Shown one piece after another: positions 11,669 through 23,128 of a DNA stretch of 64,000 nucleotides (positions within the stretch are counted from its first letter, which is position 1; each line of letters begins with the position of its first letter). The notes beneath the pieces are model-generated. The model saw only the letters and a program-made list of their open reading frames with translations, made no database searches and was not told where the DNA came from. A program made the position numbers and the translations under genes. The stretch comes from Malacoraja senta. Lineage: Eukaryota. The stretch lies in NCBI GenBank assembly GCA_038087875.1, contig CM075995.1:3660001-3724000 (forward strand). The letters run 5' to 3'.

Positions 11669-12014
11669 TAACCCCACTGTCTTCTCTTCAGACCGACGTC
11701 ACCCCGATTGTGGCGACTTCATTCGCAGAGCTGGCAATTGTGACTTTGAACGATTTGTCTGCAAGCTTTTTCTCCTGCCCGGATGTTTCCGTGCATTTGG
11801 ATTGAAATGAGAGCAGCACCTCCTCTAGTCCCCTTAAGGAATCCACTGGTGAAATAAATGAAGGAAAAGCATTTTATGCTCTATGATCTTTGGTCTATGA
11901 TCTTTGATCACACACATGCATAGACACAGAGTGAGAGAGGGCAGCAGGCAGACACGCTTGCGTGTGGAGGAATTTTTGTCCTTTCTTTTCAACTTTGAAA
12001 ATTTCCCAAAAGAG

Positions 12015-12169
12015 AGGTGCACCATTCCCAGAGGTACTGCAATACCAGGTCGATGCATGGAGTGGACGGAGCAAGCCCCTATTCCATCTCCCTGTTCCAA
12101 AAATCAGTTTGATATATGGTTCCTAGATAAGGGATGTATCGGATATGACAAGAACTGATAAGAACAGAT
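12015..12169 (-). pseudogene. RNU2: U2 snRNA fragment, nt ~38 to the 3' end, lacking the 5' 37 nt
   Basis: Minus strand reads ATCTGTTCTTATCAGTT...GATTTTTGGAACAGGGAGATGGAATAGGGGCTTGCTCCGTCCACTCCATGCATCGACCTGGTATTGCAGTACCTCTGGGAATGGTGCACC. This matches vertebrate U2, including the Sm site and the two 3' stem-loops. Confidence 0.95.
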
Positions 12170-13685
12170 TTTTATTTTAAAAAATTTCAAAATATACTTT
12201 ATTCAGGTAAAAATATTTACAATACATAGCACTGTTACAAAATTTTGAGATTTTAAAAATAAAGTCTGCAATTTATCCCATCAGATAAAGCATAAAAAGA
12301 AGTTTAATTTGACACCTAATTCACTTTCATATCTTCAGTATTAAAGAAGTTATGGCCATTTTCATACTCGGAAATTAGCATCTTGTTCCCTATTGCTTTT
12401 CCATTGACTTAACACAAAAGCTGTGATCGAGGACAGTTAAAAGCCCATAACTTTCTTAAAAATTAAGAGAACTGAAAGAAATGTTCAGTTATTATAGATT
12501 GAAGCATTCTGAAACAAATATGAAACAATCTTACTTAGAAGACATGAAAGTAAAGCATATAATTAGTTAGTTACCTAATTGTAGCTAATTACAAAATTCA
12601 ATTACTCGATCTAAACATCTATCAATTTCTTAAGGATAGATTAACATTTTTAAATAGCCTAAGTGTCCAAATAACATTCACACAATAATTCACAATATAA
12701 CAATTTTTAAATCTCATTTTCATGAATTTACAGGCCAAATGGAAGGAATTGAATGTTTAATACCTGTAAATTAATGGGGATTTAAATCATCTTGTGAGTG
12801 AGGATTTCTGGAACGCGATCTTTTGGAACGTTCATTTGCGGTGAATTTAACCCCGAATTGGCATGAAAAATACTGCCGTTAATTCGGGGAATAAAATCAC
12901 CGTGTCGCATGAAAAAATGTGAATTAAAGGCTTCTTAAGAAGCACTTTTATACATTTAAAGAAACCACTTTTGTTTACCTGTCCCGTGTGTGAAATCCGT
13001 CCCCGTTATCGGCGTTGACGCTTCAGGAGCTGATTTTAAAATTACTCCAGCGCTGACATTGACGATTTAATAAAAATAAAAAATACACAAAAGGCCACTA
13101 GGAACGATTATTCAGCCAACGCTTGTACTCCAACAAAATATTAACCAGGACAAGGGAGGAGAAACCCGCGTTTTAACCCCGCCCCCCCTTAAAGGCGCCA
13201 AAATCGCGCACACGGCCAGTGGCAGAATTACAGCACGACTGAAGGTAAGTTTTGTAACATACCTACAATACATGAACTGGGTAAAAAATTCATACGACAT
13301 TTTCGGAGGCTATACAAACGTTCAATACTGTTTACACACATTGCACAAATTACACAAATTTAGCCCCCACCCTTGCCACTCATGTGGCCCACTGGCATGG
13401 AATCCCTTCCCTTATTTTTGAGGGGTGTCTCCACCACACCCTGCTCCCCCATGTCCAGCAGCGGAAGGACCCTATACTGTGGTCCTCCCCCACCGAGGCT
13501 TGGTGTTGGCTGCACCAAGCTTCAGTACGTCCCTCAGCACGTACTCCTGCAGTCTGCAGCGGGCCAGTCGGCAACGTTCCCCGACGGACATCTCGCTCCG
13601 CTAGGTGGTCAACAAAGCTCAGGCAGATCAAACAGCGTCTTTCACGGAGTTGATAACCTTCCAGCAGCACTCGATGTCAGTGGAA
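12170..13685 (-). mobile_element. Tx1-clade (Keno-like, U2-targeting) non-LTR retrotransposon, 3' portion
   Basis: 13685-13472 translates as TDIECCWKVINSVKDAV*SA*ALLTT*RSEMSVGERCRLARCRLQEYVLRDVLKLGAANTKPRWGRTTV*. The 3' UTR has AATAAA and an A-rich tail joined to U2 nt 38/39. The UTR is interrupted by the element at 12227-13265. Confidence 0.8.
12227..13265. mobile_element. ~1.04-kb non-autonomous TIR DNA transposon with a 7-bp TSD, copy 1
   Basis: Imperfect 16-bp TIRs TAGCACTGTTACAAAA and TTTTGTAACATACCTA. TSD CAATACA at 12220-12226 and 13266-13272. Homologous along its whole length to 30650-31690. Confidence 0.9.
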
Positions 13686-14631
13686 CACTCGATGTGATAT
13701 AGCACTCGCTGCTGGAAGCACTCGATGTGATATCCACCCGATTGTGGAAGATCAGCCATGATCACATTGAATGTCAGTGCTGGCTCGAATGGCCTACTCC
13801 TGCACCTATTATCTATTGTCAATTATCTACAAAGATAAAATGTAGTCGGAGACCGCAAGACTGGTAGGAGGACTGCGAAGGGGGAGGGGATGGAAACTGG
13901 GAAGGGGGAGGGGATGGAGGATAGTGAGATTGGTGTGGGGTATACTAATATGCATTAGAAACATCCGTGTGGAGTCAAAATGAAAGGGAGTGTCTCCTAA
14001 CAGCTAGATTGCAACCACAGAGGGGAGAGCTCGGACTGTAAAACCTACAAAGATCGTGACATAGGAAAGCCACTGGAGTCTTAAAGTCTGGACACAATTG
14101 TTTTTAATTGCTGATCAATTTAATCTTGGTTCATTTACTGATTCTGAACCAAGTCAGCCCTTGTAAAATGTGTCTTCATTTCATGCAAATCACCCCCTTC
14201 ATTTTGCCGAGGAAAGCAACAGTAGTGTAGCAGCAACCAATGCTGCTGAAGACTCTGTCATACCTCACCTAGCGTACTCAGCGGGTCTGGGAGCTTCTCT
14301 GAAGAGAAGGAATGGGTGATGTTTTGGGTTGAGACAGTCTGAAGAAGGGTTTATCCATTCCTCTCCAGAGATGCTGCCTGTCCCACTGAGTTAGTCCAGC
14401 ATTTTCCATCTATCTTTGGTGTAAACCAGTACCTGCAGTTCCTTCTTACACATTACTCACCTAGAGTATTGTCCGATTCACCTCTGCTCCATTGCGGACA
14501 TTGGACTTCAAATCCAAGATGGCGCCCAACCCAGGCAACACGTTGTGTGTTAGTCACAGAAATGGATACACAATCACGCATTTCAATCGCTCCACTCTTT
14601 CAAATCTCTACTCCTGCAGCAACATTTCTTA

Positions 14632-14875
14632 AGGGGCTGTTCCACTTGGGCGCCATTTGCGCGTCATTTACACTACATCATTTACGTGTCACGACGCACG
14701 ACGCATGTGTCGTGAAGCGCACGTGATGCGCAAGGTATGCATTACGCACGCATGGTGCGTGGTGACGTAGGCAGTGACGCGCGGTCGCGCGCGACGCCCC
14801 AGGATTTTGGGATGTACAAAATCTTTGCGTGCCATCTGCATGACGCGCAAATGACGCCCAAGTGGGACAGGCCCT
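14632..14875. mobile_element. PIF/Harbinger-type MITE
   Basis: TIRs AGGGGCTGTTCCACTTGGGCG and CGCCCAAGTGGGACAGGCCCT, with a TTA TSD and a palindromic body. Confidence 0.85.
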
Positions 14876-15029
14876 TTACTCTCTTAACACTGTGGATGGC
14901 TCGATTGTAATCACGTATGGTCCTTCTGCTGACTGGTCTTTGAATATTTTAAGGGCATGAGCCGATTGATTTTTAATAAGCAAGGAGGAAGGAGTGAAAG
15001 TTAGTGGAGCAAGAAGGAATGATTTTAGC

Positions 15030-15270
15030 TTAATTTAGTTTAGTTAAATTTAGTTTAGTTTAGTTAAAGCTTTTTACTGTATCTCGATACACGTGACAAT
15101 AAACTAAACTCAAGTTTAGTTTAGTTTAGTGTAGTCTAGTTTAGTTAAGTTTGGTTTAGTTTAGTTTAGTTAAAGCTTTTCACTTCCTCTGTACACATGT
15201 GATAAACTCAACTCTAGTTCAGTTTAGTTTAGTCTAATTTAGTTTACATTAGTTTACTTTAGTTTAGTTG
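15030..15270 (+). repeat. (TTTAG)n microsatellite interleaved with LINE/SINE tail fragments
   Basis: TTTAG arrays separated twice by AAAGCTTTT...GTGA(C/T)AA tail pieces. Confidence 0.8.
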
Positions 15271-16076
15271 AATGAAGATCACAATTATCCTATTAAATAA
15301 TGTACCAGGCTAGAGAGACCATGTGTTTCCTAATTCACATATTTATATTTAGAGCATGATTCTAATGTTATTTGAGGTTTTTCAGAGAAGTAAACCACTG
15401 GCATTTTCACTGCTTCCTGAAATGCAAAGACTCGTAATATTTTTTTTAATATCTGTTCCAAGAATGATTGTTAAATCTATTGGGAAAAATAAAGCCTTTT
15501 TGCTTTGCTTTGCTGGTTGGCATGAGCAGACAAAATGTTTTTCAGAGGGGGAGAGGTTAGAGTATTTTTCAGAGGGGGTGAGGTTAGAATGTGAAGAAGA
15601 GTCTCAACCCGAAACATCACCCATTCCTTCTCTCCAGAGATGCTGCCTGTCCCGCTGAGTTACTCCAGCTTTTTGTGTCTATCTTCGACATGGGTAGACA
15701 ATTTGGTGCTGCCTTTCACCATTTTAAAACGGCTGAAATAAGTGTCCTATCCATTGTCCTTGCTGTCTGAAGCCTGTCTACTGACCTCTCCCACACAGGG
15801 AGAAATGTAGCGGAAGGAACTGTAGATGCTGGTTTAAACCGAAGATAGACACAAAAAACTGGAGTAACTCAGCAGGACAGACAGCATCTCTGGAGAGAAT
15901 ACATTCTGCCATTGGGAAGAAGGTACAGGAGCCTAAAAACTGTAAAGTCCAGGTTCAGGAACTGCTTCTTCCCTACAGCCATTTGGCTATTAAACTCAAC
16001 AACATGAAATAAGGTCTGAACAACATAGACTATTATTGTTATTATTGCACTATTATTCTCTGTTTTTTGTATGTAC

Positions 16077-17236
16077 CTGTGGGTCCCTGTCATGCAGGAG
16101 GCTTGGTCCTCCAACGCAATATTCCACCACTCACCCATAGCCCCCAACTGCACAGATGCAGCTCATTTCCCTTCATCCCTAGCACTCTCTCCCCCTCCTC
16201 TTCACCCTCCCTCTTCTTTCCCCTCTCCTCCTCCCCTCCCCAATCCCTCCCTCACCTCTCTCCCTCTCCTTTCCCCTACCCGCAGTCACTCCTTCCCTCT
16301 CTCCATAGCTCCTCTCTCCTCCCTACTTCCCTCCTCTCCCTCTATCCCCTCTCCTTCCCCACTCTCCCTCCCCAGGACTTTGAGGTTGCTGCTCCTCTCC
16401 CTTCTTGCGTGAGCCAGAGGAGCATCAGTCGTCGGCGCCCTTGGAGCCAGGCCTCGGATCGGCCCGGAAGCACCAGCAGCTACGGCCATGCCGGCATGTG
16501 GGGGTGGGGGGGGGGGGGAGGGACGTGGGGGGGGGGGGGAGAGAGAGCTCAGAGAAAAGACGGGGGAAGTGCCATGCAGAAGAGGCGGGCATCACGGAGG
16601 AGGGGGGCAGGAGCCAGCAAGGGGTTGGAGCTGTGGGGCATTGCGATGATGATGCGTTTGAGACTCACAGAGGGGGCTGGATGCTCTCCTCCGCTGGGAT
16701 CAGACTCTCCGCTTTCCGTTTGGCGACATCTCCTGCACCGGGCCGCTTCCGGTCCCTCCGAAAATTGTGTCCGGTTGGAGACTTCCGCAGGCCACCAACA
16801 GTGCCCCTCAGCTCCAGTAAAGACGCCATGGCGCAGGAAGGGGTGGGCTGTCCCGAGGAGTGACAGGAAAAGAGACCAATCCGCGCGGCGCTGACTGGCA
16901 GGAGAGGAGATCGATCCGCGCATGCGCGGTTTATAAGATTTTTAAACCTCGCTAACTTTTACAATTTACCACCGATTGGAATGAAACTTTGTGCACTCGC
17001 TGCACAGGAGAACGGTGAGTGAGATATCGCTTACCGTTTTTGTGCAAATAGAAAAAACGCGCAAACATGAAGAGCACAAGATCAGAGTTTTAGAGACAGA
17101 CAGACAGACAGACGGACGGACGGACGGACGGACGGACGGACGGGCGGGCGGGCGGGCGGGCGGGCGGGCGGGCGGACGGACGGACGGACGGACGGACGGA
17201 CGGACGGACGGACGGACGGACGGACGATATATATGA
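16077..17236 (-). mobile_element. Non-autonomous Helitron-like element with a (GTCC/GCCC)n microsatellite
   Basis: Minus-strand 5' end A|TCATATATATC is followed by (GTCC)n(GCCC)n(GTCT)n at 17095-17226. The body is low-complexity and GC-rich. Only half of a terminal hairpin (GGGTCC) remains at the left end. Confidence 0.55.
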
Positions 17237-17239
17237 TCA

Positions 17240-17822
17240 CTTATAGAATCTGTACTCACCTTTAACTTCACATCCTGGTTCACCCTCACCTCTGTCAAAG
17301 ACAAATCAAAGCTTTCCCAGATCATCAATCAAGCAAGCAAAATAACTGGCAAAACTCAAAATCAATTATCAGTACTTCACACCCAGGCAGTTAAAAGGAA
17401 AGCCAACCTCATTACACAGGATCCCACCCACCCCCTGCACAAGTCCTTCCAACTCTGCCATCAGGCCGCCGATATAAAGTCCCCCTATCTAAGAAAAACA
17501 TCCACAAAAACTCATTCATACCCATTGCCATAAACAGCTTAAATAAAAAATGAACAATGGACAAATTAACCCTGACGCACTGTCACTTTACACGTATCCA
17601 CAACTTTCATCTTGTCTATCCACAACTTTCATCTCGTCTATTTTTACAGTTTTTAATCCTTATACTTGCTTTTAAGATCTATACACACGGTGTGTGCTCG
17701 CAGAAATCTGTGTTGTATGACTGCTTATCAGTACATTGTCCTGTTTGTATGTTGAGCCACGCCAAAGAAGATTTTCTGTTACGACAGACAATAAAGTTTT
17801 CTGAATCTGAATCTGAATCTGA
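17240..17822 (+). mobile_element. Rex1/Babar-like LINE 3' fragment
   Basis: ITQDPTHPLHKSFQL...SGRRYK...NSFIP C-terminal motif, followed by AATAAA and a (GAATCT)n tail. Confidence 0.7.
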
Positions 17823-18559
17823 ATGATATATGTACTGTGTGCGTATTTGTGAGTATGTGTACATATATTAACTTTTTTTCTCTCTCATTTTTATTATATT
17901 GTTTACAGTGTACTATGTTTACATATTCTGTTGTGCTGCTGCAAGTAAGAATTTCCTTGTTCTATCTGGGACATATATGACAATAAAACACTCTTGACTC
18001 CTCTCTCCAGGGATGCTGCCTGTCCTGCTGAGTTACTCCAGCGTTTTGTGTCTATCACAGGGAGAGGTATTCGGTGAAATCCACGGGTATTGTTATGGCT
18101 TGTTATGACCTCTCACAGCAGATTATTAGCTGGCTGAACTGTTCCATTTTATAGACCTATTTTGCAGGTGTGTTTCATTTTTTGCGTGCAAGTTTTTTTT
18201 TTATGACCGGCTCGTTAACAACAAGAATTTCAGGGAAATCGTTCTTTGTGAAGCAATTCCAGTTTTTCTTGTGGTAGGTTACAGTGCTCCGGAGATTTGT
18301 GACTGACTATCACTCAGCGGTTTACTTTGCCTCAATGTCCCACCAAACCCCTAACTTCACCCGCCCCACCCTCCCCCGCCCCCCATCCTGTTCTTCGGTC
18401 TGGTTCAGGAGTGATGAGTGACTAGGACAGTCAACATCGAGTCGACGTTTCCCTTCCCTGCCCGTGTTTGGTTGTGAGTTGTGATCCCCAATGCTGGCTG
18501 GAGGAAATGCTGGGGATTTTGGCAAATACACAGAGAGGGGGAGTTGGCTGGGTGCGGCC

Positions 18560-19290
18560 GATGGCAGTGAGAGTAGGCGGATGGTCCTGTGTTAACCCCT
18601 GTGTTGAAGCAAGGCTTCACATGCAACATGCTCGGTTAGACATTGGGAGGTCGGGCAGCGGAGAGGCGGGTAGGAGGAGGTGGTGCCAGGAACAGAGGGA
18701 CCCGGTACGGAGGGGGCAAGAACAACTAAGTGAATGGGGGAGGGGGTGGGGGGGGGGGGCGATGAGAACAAAGAGGGATCCAGTGGAGAGGGAGAGGGGC
18801 GAGAATGACGAGGTAACCAGTAGAGGGGGGGGGGGCGAGAACAACAAAGTAACCAGTGTAGGGGGGGGGGGGGGGCAGAGAACAGGGGGACCCAGTGGAA
18901 GGGGGGGGGGGAAAGACCAAAGTGGGAACCGGTGGAGGGAGGGGAGGGGAGGGGCCGAGAACACAGACCTGGCGGAGGGAAGGAGGGGCTAACAAAGATG
19001 GAACCAGTGGATTTGGGGCTGAGAACAAAGAGGGACCCAGCAGGGGCCGCCAAGAACAATGACGGATCTGGCGGGGGGGGGGGGCTTGCCAAGAACGAGG
19101 CACCCGTCAGGTGGAGGGGGCGGTGGACGCTAAGACTGAAGAGGGTCCAACATGACTCTAATGAGCACTTTTGTACCTTTGTTGGTTCCAGATACGCAGC
19201 AACATTTTTGCGTGGTTTTTGTGTTGTCTGCAAAAGGAGAGAACTTCCACTGTGCCACACATGACAATAAAGTGTGGTTGAATCATTAAA
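18560..19290 (+). mobile_element. G-run-rich repeat element with a LINE-type tail (related copy at about 39885-40160)
   Basis: Tandem GAGAACAAAGAGGGACCCAG-(G)n units. Ends CACTGTG...TGACAATAAAG. Confidence 0.5.
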
Positions 19291-19669
19291 GTATCGTTGA
19301 ATTTCCATTCACTTATGTCTTATTAATCCAGAGCTTTCCTCCTCCCTTTCACAAGTGTGTCCCATCAGCATCCACACAATGTTTCCACCCTTCCTGCATT
19401 GGGTCAACATAACCACCACTTGGCTGGCTTTGTAATGGTGGCCAGAACAGGTCAGACCTTGGCCTTATCTAACATCACCTCTGCAGAGATACAGCCACTT
19501 TCACACACTCACATGTCCTTTTCCTGTTCAGCAATAGCAGGAGAAAGGCTAGAAGCAAGGAACTGCCGGTTTACAAAAAAAGGATGCTGCATGACCCGCT
19601 CAGTTACTCCAGCACTTTGCTTCTTTTGCAGCAGAAAGGCTGACAAGCACCGTATTCCCCCTTGTGCAG

Positions 19670-20085
19670 AATGGAAATGCAGATGCTGGTTTACACCTAA
19701 GACAGACACAAAATGCTGGAGTAACTCAGCGGGACAGTCAGCACCTCTGGAGAAAAGACATAGGTGACGTTTCGGCTTGAGACCCTTCTTTAGACTGAGA
19801 GTCAGGGGAGAGGGAGAATAGAGGTATGAAAAGGTACAGAACAAATCAGAGCCAGCACCAATGATTCAAGAAATATGGAGCCCACAATGGTCCATTGTTG
19901 GCTGCCAAAGCGGTATTAACGAAGAGATACAAACTGCGAAACCAGCAGTGGGTGGGGGATGATAAAGGGATACAAACTGTGAAACTAGCAAGACGACTGG
20001 GGGGGAGGGGGGGGGGGGGGGACGGAGAGAGGGAATTCAAGAACTACTTGAAATTAAAGAAATCAATATTTATATCGCTGGGTTC
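19670..20085 (-). mobile_element. Penelope-like 3' tail
   Basis: Same tail as 4490-4795 in reverse orientation, with a hammerhead-like motif at 19764-19794. Confidence 0.7.
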
Positions 20086-20399
20086 ATAAGTGATAGGACC
20101 AGAATTAGGCCCTTCAGCCCATCAAGTCTACTCCTCCCTTCAATCATGGCTGATCTATGTTTCCCTGTTTACCCCATCCTCCTGCCTTCTCCCCATAACC
20201 TGTGACACCCACACTAATCTGGGTAGAATTCCCCTTCGTTGACTTTGGGGAAGGAGGCAAGGCATTGCGTCCTACAAGACCAAGGCATTTAGAGAGGGAC
20301 GTGGATATGCAAGAAATGGAGGGATATGGATCACGGTGCAAGCAGAGGAGATTAACCTTGCATCATGCTTGGCATGGAAATTGTGGGCTGACGGGCCTA

Positions 20400-21040
20400 G
20401 AAATATAGAAACATAGAACCATAGAAAATAGGTGCAGGAGGAGGCCATTCGGCCCTTCGAGCCAGCACCACCATTCATTGTGATCATGGCTGATCGTCCC
20501 CAATCAATAGCCCTTGCCTGCCTTCTCCGCATATCCCTTGATTCCACTAGCCCCTAGAGCTCTATCTAACTCTCTCTTAAATCCATCCAGTGAATTGGCC
20601 TCCACTGCCCTCAGTGGCAGGGAATTCCATAAATTCACAACTCTCTGGGTGAAAACGTTTTTTCTCACCTCAGTCTTAAATGGCCTCCTCTTTATTCTAA
20701 GACTGTGGCCCCTGGTTCTGGACTCGCCCAACATTGGGTACATTTTTCCTACATCTAGCTTGTCCAGTCCTTTTATAATTTTATATGTTTCTATAAGATT
20801 CCCCCTCATCCTTCTAAACTCCAGTGAATACAAGCCTAGTCTTTTCAATCTTTCCTCATATGACAGTCCCGCCATCCCCGGGATCAATCTCGTGAACCTA
20901 CGCTGCACTGCCTCAATCACAAGGATGTCCTTCCTCAAATTAGGAGACCAAAACTGTACACAATACTCCAGATATGGTCTCACCAGAGCCCGATACAACT
21001 GCAGAAGAACCTCTCTACTCCTATACTGAAATCCTCTTGT
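20400..21040 (-). mobile_element. CR1 LINE 3' fragment
   Basis: ORF 20504-20998 reads YRALVRPYLEYCVQFWSP...FTQRVVNLWNSLP, followed by the CR1 tail. Confidence 0.93.
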
Positions 21041-21310
21041 CAGGCCTGTTCCTGCACTCTATTGTTCTATGTTAAGCCCACTGACCCATTCAAAGAGATT
21101 ATGGTTGATCTGCACCCATCGGTCTTAACTACATCGTCCCCCATTACTTTTGGTTTTAAAGAAATCTATTCTCCCCAGATGTAAAGTTATTACTGAGCAA
21201 GAACCAACTGCATATGGAAGAGTTCCTTCTCACTCCCCCCATCCCCGCTCAAGATCCTTTGCATGGCTATGAATTTATTCCTAGTCACTTATGTGCAATT
21301 TAGCAGTTGC

Positions 21311-21642
21311 TTTAGACTTTAGACCAGAGATGCAGCGCGGAAACAGACCCTTCGGCCCATTCGACCAGCAATCAGCCCATACACCAAAGGGGTTGTCCCA
21401 CTTGAGCGACTTCAAGCTCGACGGCCTTGAGCTGGATCGACCGTCCTACACACTAGGGACAATTTTACAACTTACTGAAACCTATTAACCTACAAACCTG
21501 CACGTCTTTGGAGTGTTGGAAGAAACTGGAGATCCTGGACAAAACCCGCATGGCCACAGGGAGAACGTGCGGACTCCATACAGACATCGAACCTGGTCCC
21601 TAAGCGATTTAGGCAGCAACTCTACTGCTGCGCCACCATGCC
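21311..21642 (-). mobile_element. HE1-type V-SINE
   Basis: tRNA-like head (TGGCGCAGCAGTAGAG), V-domain-like core ...CACTCCAAAGACGTGCAGG, and a CR1-like tail. Confidence 0.75.
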
Positions 21643-22030
21643 ACCCCCTGCCCAAGTGCCACAGTTGCTGTGCATTATATTTCAATATTTTTATATATTT
21701 TTTCCGCAATTCATTTTCACTGATCCCAATGGAGCTAATTTTCAAAGATGGAGCAGAATGTTTGATTGAATGGCGGAGTAGATTTGATGGGCTGAATTGC
21801 CTAATTCCAGACATTCCTCTCATATCTACCTGACAGACTGCATCATATAAACGCAAAGTGCTGGAGTAACAGCGGGTCAGGCAGTATCTCTGGAGAAAAG
21901 GGATGGATGGGTGATGTCTCGGGTCGGACTTCTTCAGACTGAGAGGGGAGGGAACTGGAGGTAGGGACTGAAAGTCAAGGGGAGGGAACTGGAGGTAGGA
22001 ATGGGAATGGGACCACCATATCTGAGGAAG

Positions 22031-22084
22031 GGGGTGAAAGATTGCAACCTTCACGTGGTCCGCCCTGTTTCGACTAATGCAATC
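22031..22084 (+). ncRNA. Minimal HDV-like self-cleaving ribozyme motif
   Basis: Reads GGGGTGA-AA-GATTGCA-ACC-TTCACGT-GGT-CCGCCCT-GTTTCGA-CTAA-TGCAATC. It has a G1.U wobble at the base of P1 and an L3 fitting UYCHCGY. Confidence 0.78.
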
Positions 22085-22166
22085 AACTCGACGTGCACAA
22101 ACAGAAGATCAAATAGAACAAGTTGTCCTGCAACTTTGGACTGTGCACGCCACACGAAAGAAGAAG
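22031..22166 (+). mobile_element. 136-bp non-autonomous retroposon (Ingi/Vingi-like) with a 5' HDV-like ribozyme, copy 2
   Basis: 11-bp TSD ATCTGAGGAAG at 22020-22030 and 22167-22177. Ends CACACGAAAGAAGAAG. Confidence 0.85.
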
Positions 22167-22177
22167 ATCTGAGGAAG

Positions 22178-22690
22178 GAGTGCTGACTCTGGAGAGGGTC
22201 CAGAGGATGTTTACAAGAATGATCCCAGGAATTAGCAGGTTAACATATGATAAATGTTTGTCGGCACTGGGCCTGCACTCGCTGGAGTTTAGAAGAATAA
22301 GGGGGGACCTCATTTGAAACGTACAGAAAAGTGATAGGCTTGGATAGAGTAGATGTGGAGAGGATGTTTTCACTAGTGGGAGAGTCTAGAACCAAAGGTC
22401 ATAGCCACAGAATTAAAGGACGTTCTTTTAGGAAGGAGATGAGGATGAGTTTCTTTAGTCAGAGGGTGGTGAATCTGTGGAATTCTTTGCCACAGGGCTG
22501 TGGAGGCCAAGTCGGATATTTTTAAGGCAGATATAGATAGATTCTTGATTAGTACGGGTGTCAGAGGTTATGGGGAGAAGGAAGAAGAATAGGGTTAGGA
22601 GGGAGAGATAGATCAGTCATGATTGAATGGCGGAGTAGACGATGGGCTGAATGGGCTAATTCTGCTACCTATCACTTATGATCTTATGAA
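22178..22690 (+). mobile_element. CR1 LINE 3' fragment
   Basis: LERVQRMFTRMIPG, SLEFRRIRGDLI and FFSQRVVNLWNSLP. Confidence 0.9.
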
Positions 22691-22789
22691 CAGGGGGAGC
22701 TGGAAGCATTTGTTCCGTCTACCAAGTTCACGCCAACCTGTTCACACTCAGTCCACATTATGCCACTTTCTCATCCACTCCCTGCACAT

Positions 22790-22994
22790 GACACCAATTA
22801 ACTTACAAACCTGCACGTCTTTGGGATGTTCAAGTTCAAGTTCACATTTATTGGGAGGAAACCTTGGGCACCGGAGTAAACCCATGCGTTCACAGGGAGA
22901 ACATGCACACTCCATACAGATACCAGCTGCGGTCAGGATCGAACCCGGGTCTCTGGCATTGTGAGGCAGTGGTTCTACCAGCTGCGCCACATGC
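22790..22994 (-). mobile_element. HE1-type V-SINE, 5' part
   Basis: Minus strand has A box TGGCGCAGCTGG and B box GGTTCGATCC. Confidence 0.75.
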
Positions 22995-23128
22995 CACCCT
23001 AATTATGGTTATTATTTGCTGGTAATAACCAAGCAGGGAGATTTGTTTGGGCCAGACAACCATTTATGTAATGTCCTTCAGTACTTTCTAAGCAGTTGTA
23101 TAGCTCTCAGAGCATATTCAAAGAGTAA

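Noticed and set aside
12015..12169. Functional U2 snRNA gene
   Set aside because: It lacks nt 1-37 (stem I and the branch-point recognition sequence) and a promoter, and has an indel near stem IIa.
16067..17328. Overlapping ORFs of up to 275 aa
   Set aside because: They come from low-complexity and microsatellite sequence in a non-autonomous element, with no domain motifs.
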